Below are positions 57,548-64,000 of a DNA stretch of 64,000 bases, in pieces. Below the pieces are notes generated by a model, which was not told the DNA's origin, searched no databases, and saw only the letters and a program-made list of their open reading frames with translations. The DNA is from Candidatus Nomurabacteria bacterium (lineage in GTDB: Bacteria > Patescibacteriota > Minisyncoccia > Phycocordibacterales > SBAW01), in contig CALQYT010000003.1 in NCBI GenBank assembly GCA_943348815.1, positions 4,679-68,678 on the forward strand. The letters run 5' to 3'. Numbering within the stretch: position 1 is the stretch's first letter; each line of letters starts with the position of its first letter. The translations under genes were made by a program, and so were the position numbers.

Positions 57548-58695
57548 GACGGTTGATACTGGGCCGGAAGCAACCTACAGAAGCCTCCTCGACCCTGCGC
57601 ATCTCCAAACAACTGTCGTGCGTCGCGCGCCAAACCACTGTAACATTCTTGGGCGACGCTTCCCTGCGCTCGGGCACAAAAAGAAACCGCCTCTGCTGCT
57701 GCCGATCGACTCTCCTCGACTATTGCCTGCGCGCTGCCTTCATAACACATCCCTTGCCAAGCCACAGGAAAATTATCACACGCATGCTGTGCCTCTGTTG
57801 CATCACCAAGTGACAGGCGACCGATAATCGCAGAGATGCCCCGCCAGCAGTACTCCTCTTCTTGCGCATTAGGATAGCCCGAGCAGTACGCCTGCACGCC
57901 TATACCACGCAGCAACTCTTCGCGGAAGAGCGGCCAGCTTTCTTCCCTGCACGAGCCGATATACTCAGGATCTTTAAACGTCGCACAAAACTGCCGCACC
58001 GTTGTTTTGGTCGGTTTTGTTTTCATCCGAGCAATCAACTGATAGTCATCGGGCTCAAGCGGTTGATAAATTTGCATAAACACGCCTTGGATACAGACCC
58101 GCTGCGCGTCTTTAGGAAGGGTCCGGCGGCACAAATCGAGCGCCTGCGGCAAATTGGCATCGGTAATAAAGTCGTATAAGTGCCCCATGCCGTGCTCGCA
58201 CACCGCTTGGTCAAAGGGTGTGGGCTGCCACCCTGCGTGCGGTTTGCAGGCGAGAGAGAAATCAGGGATTAGTTTTTCTATGGTGGCCACATCCAGCACT
58301 TCGGAGCGGAAGCGTCCGCCCACCACACCATGCAGGTACCCGTTCGAACAAAGACTGTCGGGCGGATTATACGCTAAATCATCGAGCCATCTTGTAGGAT
58401 CTTCGGCCACTACCCGCTCGCCTATTTTGTGCCCAAGCACATGACAAAATTGATAGCTCGGATCTTGCGCACGCAACGCTCGTACCACGTCAAAAAGCTG
58501 CGCCACCCCGTGCTGTGGGTATAGTTGTGGCACCAACGATTCGTAACACACCTCATGTGTCTTTTCTTTGGCACATTGCGCGGCAAACCCGGCAGCGACC
58601 GCGCGCGCGTCAAACGCGCTTGCCTTGAGAATGGAGAGGGTTGCTCCACCGCATAATATAAGTATCAAGGCGAGGACGGCAATTTTTAGACGCAT
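57541..58695 (-). CDS. Cys/His-rich membrane-anchored protein, tandem paralog 2
   Basis: CHVLGHKIGERVV, CSNGYLHGVV and CEHGMGHLYD. It overlaps its neighbours by 7 and 10 nt. Confidence 0.6.
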   Translation of the reverse strand: MRLKIAVLALILILCGGATLSILKASAFDARAVAAGFAAQCAKEKTHEVCYESLVPQLYPQHGVAQLFDVVRALRAQDPSYQFCHVLGHKIGERVVAEDPTRWLDDLAYNPPDSLCSNGYLHGVVGGRFRSEVLDVATIEKLIPDFSLACKPHAGWQPTPFDQAVCEHGMGHLYDFITDANLPQALDLCRRTLPKDAQRVCIQGVFMQIYQPLEPDDYQLIARMKTKPTKTTVRQFCATFKDPEYIGSCREESWPLFREELLRGIGVQAYCSGYPNAQEEEYCWRGISAIIGRLSLGDATEAQHACDNFPVAWQGMCYEGSAQAIVEESRSAAAEAVSFCARAQGSVAQECYSGLARDARQLFGDAQGRGGFCRLLPAQYQPSC

Positions 58696-59837
58696 AGATT
58701 TTGTTTATACCGATCGGGAACACTGGTGCATACCTCTCGCAAACCCACGCTACCATAAAACTGTTTTGTCGCTGAGAGAAGCGTGCTATAGCAGGCGGGT
58801 AGCAGGCTCGCTTGTATATCGGGCGAGCCGCACAGCAGCAGCATGTCGGTATACTCCGCCCCGGGAGTGCCAAACTCTTGTATACCTACAACTACTCCCG
58901 TGATACAAGCATCGGCATCATGGGTAAGAGCGCTGCAGACACCCGAAACTTCTTTCGGTGAGACGATCATTTTTCTACCGCGCGCAGTACTGAAGTACGT
59001 CCCCGCAACACCGCGCACCGCCAACTCTCGATAGTGCGGGTCGGAAATCTCTTCGGTAAATGCTATCGCCTTGCCGAAGTGGTAGTTGGCCGCAAAAGTG
59101 GCGAGCGTATTCATTTGATCGTAACAGGCATCTTTTTCGGTCGTAGTAAAGTTTGGCGAACCACAGAGACTAAAGGGCTCTCCACCTATAGTGAGCTGGT
59201 ACTTAGCATCGCGATACATAAGCGCAACTGCATTAAACACACCCGAGGCGCAGCGGTAGGCGTGGTCTGTGTTCCCACCTGCGACTTCTTTGCATAAAGC
59301 GAGCCCAGGTGCGGCAATCTTTTGCGCGTCGCCCCACACTCTAGGGTCGGTGCCATCGGTCACTCCATGTCCAACACCGTGATAACAGGCGCCCTCAGCG
59401 TAGCCTGGTGGGTTTGGCACGACCGTACCTGCGTAGCTACAAAATGCGCGCGCCTCGTCAAAATTATTATTTTCATAGATAAGCTCCTCCATAAACCCGT
59501 GATAAAAGCCGTACCCGCAATAGCTTGTTTTATCACTGAGTTCTACCCTGCCGGTGGCATGAAATTCTTTATACGCCTCTTTGCCAAGTTCGTGCGTCTC
59601 GGCGTGACACGTTGCCAAATAACCCGGGTCGGCGTTGTACGCCTCGGCGAGCAGATCGAATGCCGCGCTGAGCCCATGGGTTTTTAGTGTTGCGTCGATG
59701 GCTTTGTTGTAACAATTGTTCTTGTCTTGTACGTCTTGTTGGCATACCAAAAGTGGGTCGGCACGCATGTGCCACGCATACACGGCTCCTCCAACCACCA
59801 AAATACACCCTGCCGTAATAAAAATTATTTTTTGCAC
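58686..59837 (-). CDS. Cys/His-rich membrane-anchored protein, tandem paralog 3
   Basis: CHAETHELGKEAY, CGYGFYHGFM and CYHGVGHGVT. Confidence 0.6.
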   Translation of the reverse strand: MQKIIFITAGCILVVGGAVYAWHMRADPLLVCQQDVQDKNNCYNKAIDATLKTHGLSAAFDLLAEAYNADPGYLATCHAETHELGKEAYKEFHATGRVELSDKTSYCGYGFYHGFMEELIYENNNFDEARAFCSYAGTVVPNPPGYAEGACYHGVGHGVTDGTDPRVWGDAQKIAAPGLALCKEVAGGNTDHAYRCASGVFNAVALMYRDAKYQLTIGGEPFSLCGSPNFTTTEKDACYDQMNTLATFAANYHFGKAIAFTEEISDPHYRELAVRGVAGTYFSTARGRKMIVSPKEVSGVCSALTHDADACITGVVVGIQEFGTPGAEYTDMLLLCGSPDIQASLLPACYSTLLSATKQFYGSVGLREVCTSVPDRYKQNLCV

Positions 59838-61015
59838 GTCGGTTGATAGTAAGCGGGCAAAAGAACGCAGACCTCTGTGCGCCCAGGCAGATATTGCGCG
59901 ATCGCATGGGTGAGCTCATCCCAACAGGCACTTTGTGAGCCAGTCGGCGCGTCGGTACAAAAACGTACCGATGCCTGCGGATTGTTTTCTCCGCCCCAAA
60001 ATACCGATTGCAATGCTTCGCGGACGCACGCCTCTTGGCCCTCGTGAGTTTGTGCGAGCGTGCACCACTGTGCCGCCCGTGTGTATTCCTCGTCACCGAA
60101 CTGGTCGACGTGCCGTATATCCCGTGCGCCTGCGATCGTCACGAACTCCTTACCAAAACCGCCATAGCACGCGCGGCGTAATTCCGGGCGCCCTGCAGGC
60201 ACTGCATCGCAAAATCCAAATGCTTTAGGGAACGTGGCTGGATCGGGCGACGTAAGTTCTGCACCCGCTTGGGCAAAGAGCTCGGGCGTCAAATACTCAA
60301 AACAAAATGTTTTTGCACTATCGGGGATCAAGGACCCCAAACAGAGCGCCGTCGGATCGTGCGGGTTAAGATACTTTTCTCGCGCAACGACCCACGCACC
60401 GTGGTCGTGCCCGCCGCCGCCCATGAGTTCCATCACTGCGCCGCCGACGCACTGTGTATATTGTTCGTCGTTGTATTGTGACGTCCCCATGCGCTTGCAA
60501 AAAGAGACCGTCTTTTGTAAGTCGTATCCGAAGTATGCAAACACTCCGTGTCCTAAACCGTGGTAACACATGGTGTACGCACCCAAACCGCCGGGGGCCT
60601 GGCGACAAGCATCGTCTATTTTTTTGAGCGTTGCGTCGCTCGTACCAAATTCGTTGAGTGCGCCTATCACCACCGCGTGTGAGCAGGCGTTACGGAAATC
60701 TTGCGTGCAGTAGGCTATCCCGCCCATACCCTGCTGTTTGTACAACTCATCCCCCACGGCGTGGCCGAGCAAGTGCAAGTCGGTATTAGACGGGAGGTTG
60801 GCGATTTTCAAAACAGCAAAAGCATATACGGCGCCCTTGTCCTTAGCGAGGGCAACAAAACGATCCGATAACTCTTTAAAGCTTTCAACATTCTTACCTA
60901 TACTCTGTGCCTCGGCATACGGCAGCGGATGCGAGCGCCCCAAAAGCATCAACACACCAACCGTAAGCACCGCGGCGGCTATAAGAATTTTTTTTATCCG
61001 CGGCGTCTCAACCAC
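59825..61015 (-). CDS. Cys/His-rich membrane-anchored protein, tandem paralog 4
   Basis: LHLLGHAVGDELY, CSHAVVIGAL and CYHGLGHGVF. Confidence 0.6.
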   Translation of the reverse strand: MVETPRIKKILIAAAVLTVGVLMLLGRSHPLPYAEAQSIGKNVESFKELSDRFVALAKDKGAVYAFAVLKIANLPSNTDLHLLGHAVGDELYKQQGMGGIAYCTQDFRNACSHAVVIGALNEFGTSDATLKKIDDACRQAPGGLGAYTMCYHGLGHGVFAYFGYDLQKTVSFCKRMGTSQYNDEQYTQCVGGAVMELMGGGGHDHGAWVVAREKYLNPHDPTALCLGSLIPDSAKTFCFEYLTPELFAQAGAELTSPDPATFPKAFGFCDAVPAGRPELRRACYGGFGKEFVTIAGARDIRHVDQFGDEEYTRAAQWCTLAQTHEGQEACVREALQSVFWGGENNPQASVRFCTDAPTGSQSACWDELTHAIAQYLPGRTEVCVLLPAYYQPTCKK

Positions 61016-61749
61016 ACTATCAACAATACCGCAGCTCCAAGAACTACGACAGAGGGGAGCGGATTACCGACCATCGGTCGCGCTCCTCCAAAGAGATATT
61101 CTCCCTTGTTAGCAAGCTGCGTAGGCCCTTTTTCAACCTCAGGGATAACCGGGTTAGCAAGAATGTAGGGATCATGTCGGTTCCCTGTTAGTTGCCAGGA
61201 GACTTTACCTCCAGCCACCCCACCTCCGATCGTAAATTGGTTATTTTTCTCTTCCTTTTTTATATAGAGGTTCGGCATGGTGGCCCCCACTGGTTTTAGC
61301 TGGTAGCGAGCATCTCGGTTAAGTAAATCCCAATAGGCGGGGAGTATAACCACCGCCTCGCCTTTGGTGTCCAGTGTGGCGATCCCGTCGTAGAGATTTT
61401 TTGAATCAGGCGACTCAACAAACGAGTGGTAGAGGAGTTTGTTAGCCGCATCGATGGGGTCGTCGATCACAAACGAGCCGGAGCCTTTAGAGAGGTTACC
61501 AACACTGAGAGCCGATGCACCGCTTTGAGCTACTTGAACATTTTTAGTAAAGGTTTTTTGGTACAGGCCTTGATAATACGATTGGTAGTAAGACTGATAA
61601 TACGATTGGTAGTAAGACTGATAATACGATTCGTAGTAGGACTGATAATACGATTCCCCGTACGTTGCAAGTGCGAAGAAAGGTTGTGTTAAGAAGGTTG
61701 CGCCAAAAAGAAAAGTAACAAGAAGGGCGAAGGTGGTCTTTATTTGCAT
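60994..61749 (-). CDS. Secreted protein with a (SYYQ)n repeat, a conserved family-B domain, and a C-terminal TM plus RRRG tail
   Basis: Signal peptide, ESYYQSYYESYYQSYYQSYYQSYYQSYYQ, then FVIDDPIDAANKLLYHSFVESPDSKNLYDG...NLYIKKEEKNNQF...VSWQLTGNRHDPYILANP. It ends with a hydrophobic helix plus RRRG. Confidence 0.6.
   Translation of the reverse strand: MQIKTTFALLVTFLFGATFLTQPFFALATYGESYYQSYYESYYQSYYQSYYQSYYQSYYQGLYQKTFTKNVQVAQSGASALSVGNLSKGSGSFVIDDPIDAANKLLYHSFVESPDSKNLYDGIATLDTKGEAVVILPAYWDLLNRDARYQLKPVGATMPNLYIKKEEKNNQFTIGGGVAGGKVSWQLTGNRHDPYILANPVIPEVEKGPTQLANKGEYLFGGARPMVGNPLPSVVVLGAAVLLIVWLRRRG
61566..61657 (-). repeat. About 3.75 tandem copies of a 24-nt unit encoding YYQSYYQS
   Basis: TTGGTAGTAAGACTGATAATACGA repeated head-to-tail with one variant copy (TTCGTAGTAGGACTG...). 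Confidence 0.7.
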
Positions 61750-62288
61750 AGTGGTTCAAAAATACACTCACCTTTAGGTACCGACTGCGTTGGGCCCTTT
61801 TCCACCTCGACCGGTTGCGGATGGGCCAGAATGTATGGGTCGTGGCGCGTACCAGTAACTTGCCAGGACACGGTGCCGCCAGGAGCGCCTCCTCCAATAC
61901 TAAACTGGTTATTCTTTTCCTCCTGCTTGATATAGAGGTTGGGCATGGGCTGCTCTAATGCAAAAAATTGATAACGCGCATCTTTGTTTAGAGCATCCCA
62001 ATACGCCGGCAGCACGATAGTCACTTCCCCTTTAGAATCGAGCGTTGCAGTACCGTCATACAAGTTTTCAGGAGCATTAGACTCTACGAAGGAGTGATAC
62101 AAGATTTTGTTAGCGGGATCGAGCGGGTGATCGATAGCAAAAGTGCCGGAGGTTTTGGTGAGGGTACCCACGACCGTGAGATTACCTTTTATCTTAACGC
62201 TCCCCGTCACATTGATCGTCGCCGCAAGACCTACCAACGGCAAACACAACAAAAACAGCACGATGCTTTGGTAGAGTTTATTTCGCAT
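61740..62288 (-). CDS. Secreted family-B paralog 2
   Basis: Signal peptide (LYQSIVLFLLCLPLVGLAA), then FAIDHPLDPANKILYHSFVESNAPENLYDG...NLYIKQEEKNNQF...VSWQVTGTRHDPYILAHP. Confidence 0.6.
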   Translation of the reverse strand: MRNKLYQSIVLFLLCLPLVGLAATINVTGSVKIKGNLTVVGTLTKTSGTFAIDHPLDPANKILYHSFVESNAPENLYDGTATLDSKGEVTIVLPAYWDALNKDARYQFFALEQPMPNLYIKQEEKNNQFSIGGGAPGGTVSWQVTGTRHDPYILAHPQPVEVEKGPTQSVPKGECIFEPLCK

Positions 62289-62895
62289 AGAGATCGGGGA
62301 AGAGATAATCGCCCTGTTGGACAAGGGTATCCGGACCTTTCTTGACCTCAGGCACTATCGGGTTGGCAAGAATAAATGGATCATGCCGAATACCGGTTAC
62401 TTGCCAAGAAATCTTGCCGCCCGGTGCGCCGCCGGCAATTTTGAGTACCGGCGAGCCAAATAGGCCGAAGAACTTTCTACCCACTTCGGAAGTAAGGTGC
62501 AAATTCGGCATCGGTTGTCCTATCGGCGTTGCAAGGTAGCGAAAGTCTTTATTGAGCGCGAGGAAATATTCTGGCAGTTCGATAGTGACTTCTCCGTTGT
62601 TATTGAGTGTTTCGAGACCATCATAAATATTTTTAACCTCTGGCGACTCAACATTGAAGTGATAAAGCAACTTGTTTTTTGGATCAAGTGGATCGTCGAT
62701 GACGAAGCTTTTAGCGCCGGCAGTGACCGACCCCGTGACATTGGTGGAGGTACCCAAAAAGCTTGTACTGTAGCTTAGTGTAATGACGTTGTGACTAAAA
62801 TCGGCCTGTGCATCACAGGGGAGCGATCCGGCGGCAAAAGCACACGCCGTCATTACGAACACCGACCAAAAGATACGCGGGTGAGACATCTTCAT
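62278..62895 (-). CDS. Secreted family-B paralog 3
   Basis: Signal peptide (IFWSVFVMTACAFAAGS), then FVIDDPLDPKNKLLYHFNVESPEVKNIYDG...ISWQVTGIRHDPFILANP. A TATACT -10 lies upstream. Confidence 0.6.
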   Translation of the reverse strand: MKMSHPRIFWSVFVMTACAFAAGSLPCDAQADFSHNVITLSYSTSFLGTSTNVTGSVTAGAKSFVIDDPLDPKNKLLYHFNVESPEVKNIYDGLETLNNNGEVTIELPEYFLALNKDFRYLATPIGQPMPNLHLTSEVGRKFFGLFGSPVLKIAGGAPGGKISWQVTGIRHDPFILANPIVPEVKKGPDTLVQQGDYLFPDLYAK

Positions 62896-62920
62896 CTCTT
62901 CTAGTATACTGTACGACCAT

Positions 62921-63394
62921 ATGGAACAAAAAAGCTTGTGGACTGTTGGGGGGATCCTCCTGTGCGCCGCGGTGGGAGGCATCCTCATTTGGCACCACCT
63001 TTCACAATCTCCTTCCTATACTCCACCCGCACAAGAACCGCCAGGCAAGGGAGTTGTTGGTAACGTAAAGTTAAATAAAGACTCGTACGACACGCTGATC
63101 ACTTACACCGATAGCGGATTTACGCCGAGCGATATCACTATTGCACAAGGCACCCGCGTGCGGTTCTTAAATAACTCTGCGCAAGAAATTTGGCCTGCTT
63201 CGGGTATCCACCCAACCCACACGCTGTATCCCGAAAAAGAAAGTGGCGATTGTTTAGGTAGCTCGTTCGACTCCTGCACCACGCTAGCCAAAGGTGAGTT
63301 TTATGACTTCACCTTCTACTACGTAGGCGCGTGGCCGTACCACGACCACTTGCACGCCTACCAAACCGGCACCATAACGGTTACGGCGAAATAG
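62921..63394 (+). CDS. TM-anchored cupredoxin-like domain protein
   Basis: N-terminal TM, then FTPSDITIAQGTRVRFLNNSAQEIWPASGIHPTH...YDFTFYYVGAWPYHDHLHAYQTGTITV. This is a plastocyanin/azurin-like strand order with a His-rich putative metal site, but no canonical Cys/Met ligands. Confidence 0.4.
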   Translation: MEQKSLWTVGGILLCAAVGGILIWHHLSQSPSYTPPAQEPPGKGVVGNVKLNKDSYDTLITYTDSGFTPSDITIAQGTRVRFLNNSAQEIWPASGIHPTHTLYPEKESGDCLGSSFDSCTTLAKGEFYDFTFYYVGAWPYHDHLHAYQTGTITVTAK

Positions 63395-64000
63395 AAGCTT
63401 TAGCGTTTATTTCAAATCCTGGGTAACTCTTATCCTCTTGGTCGGGACGGAGGTTCGGCCACTTGGCGTTGTCGAAGCGAAGCGCCGAGAGCCGCATCGA
63501 AACCTCGCCCGGCTGGCTCGAAACAATTTTGAGCGTGTTATGCGCTGCGTCTTTTTCGTAATGTACACTGCCGTCGAATGCGGGAGTAAGCGCAACTACC
63601 AAGTCCTTCCAGTTGGTGCCAAAGTCGGTGATTTGGTAAAAGAGCCACACGTCGCTGCCCTTCTCGAGCGAGTTAAAGGAGATCGTGTATTCATACTTGC
63701 CGCTGGCGCCTTTTTGCGAAAGTTCGATGGTCTGCATTACTTCTTCGTGCACGCCAACCGCTGACTGGCCATACGTTGCGTACTTAATGCCATCGATGGT
63801 GTACACCGGGTCGATGGTGGCAACATCGAGTTTGCCCGCTATCTTGATGTCGCCGTAGAAGGTCGAGGTCGCTAAACCAAGCGTCGTCTGGCCGCGGGCG
63901 CCCACAAACAAGCGGTCATTGATTGCAAATTGTTGTGCGGGTGATGAAGTGCCGACGCCCACATAGCCGCTGCTTGCGCCCGTGCCACCAATGACCGAGA
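63381..64000 (-). CDS. Partial CDS (N-terminus lies beyond the window end), hypothetical Gly/Ser-rich then beta-rich protein
   Basis: The reading frame stays open to the window edge (...SVIGGTGASSGYVGVGTSSPAQQFAINDRLFVGARGQ...). The stop is at 63381. Confidence 0.4.
   Translation of the reverse strand, partial: SVIGGTGASSGYVGVGTSSPAQQFAINDRLFVGARGQTTLGLATSTFYGDIKIAGKLDVATIDPVYTIDGIKYATYGQSAVGVHEEVMQTIELSQKGASGKYEYTISFNSLEKGSDVWLFYQITDFGTNWKDLVVALTPAFDGSVHYEKDAAHNTLKIVSSQPGEVSMRLSALRFDNAKWPNLRPDQEDKSYPGFEINAKASISP

Noticed and set aside
41050-63000. Diversity-generating retroelement targeting the giant or paralogous surface proteins
   Set aside because: No reverse transcriptase ORF was found in the window. 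No template/variable repeat pair with adenine-specific mismatches was recognised.
1-64000. Alternative genetic code (UGA=Gly as in SR1/Gracilibacteria), given the CPR-like traits and one TGA-interrupted gene
   Set aside because: All recognisable housekeeping genes are full-length and terminate sensibly under the standard code. Only one gene (39470..40009) has an internal TGA.
1-64000. CRISPR array or cas genes
   Set aside because: No run of regularly spaced direct repeats was seen. The only tandem repeat (61566..61657) is coding and has no spacers. No Cas-like proteins were found.

Overview
This 64-kb window is from a high-GC (about 57%) bacterial chromosome. The core genes are unusually short but intact under the standard genetic code: ThrRS lacking the N-terminal TGS domain, PheT 599 aa, PheS 251 aa, EF-Ts 151 aa, RF1 292 aa, DnaE 999 aa, and a split two-gene transketolase. 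Together with a sortase, CARDB and giant Gly-rich surface proteins this points to a streamlined CPR/Patescibacteria-like monoderm lineage; that lineage call is inference. The backbone is housekeeping: rnc, nusB(-Nudix), rpmF, rnhB, dnaE, thrS, gyrB, pheST, rpsB-tsf, prfA-rpmE, rplY, and a glycolysis/pentose-phosphate cluster (fba, pfkB-kinase, gmk, split tkt, rpe, rpiB, gap). Accessory content sits between these blocks: (i) a cell-surface block with a 1382-aa membrane protein ending in a GT9 domain, Gly-rich and Pro-rich secreted proteins, a sortase and a CARDB protein; (ii) a GT2 synthase plus a CPQC thioredoxin-like protein; (iii) a low-GC islet carrying an HTH/LAGLIDADG-like gene that overlaps tRNA-Thr(UGU); (iv) an IS200/RAYT-like Y1 transposase framed by 21-bp palindromes, with one in-frame copy inside the gene and a solo copy about 21 kb away, next to a P-loop kinase interrupted by a single in-frame TGA; (v) a 1883-aa surface protein with two duplicated Gly-rich modules and a LamG-like domain; (vi) a plus-strand operon of small TM proteins, a PaaK/CapK-like adenylating enzyme and a 66-aa hydrophobic peptide; (vii) a Bug/TctC-family binding protein. 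The most striking part is a minus-strand array from about 55.9 to 63.0 kb: four tandem, start/stop-overlapping paralogs of a Cys/His-rich membrane-anchored family (a fifth copy sits at 47.7 kb), followed by three tandem secreted paralogs of a second family, one with a (SYYQ)n repeat. These are flanked by a His1 YcnI/CopC-like protein and a cupredoxin-like protein. I cannot assign either family to a known one from sequence alone; this array is my best candidate for an undescribed, possibly metal-handling or envelope, system. No rRNA, CRISPR array, integrase or reverse transcriptase was found. Coordinates of small features such as hairpins, repeats and promoters may be off by 1-2 nt.
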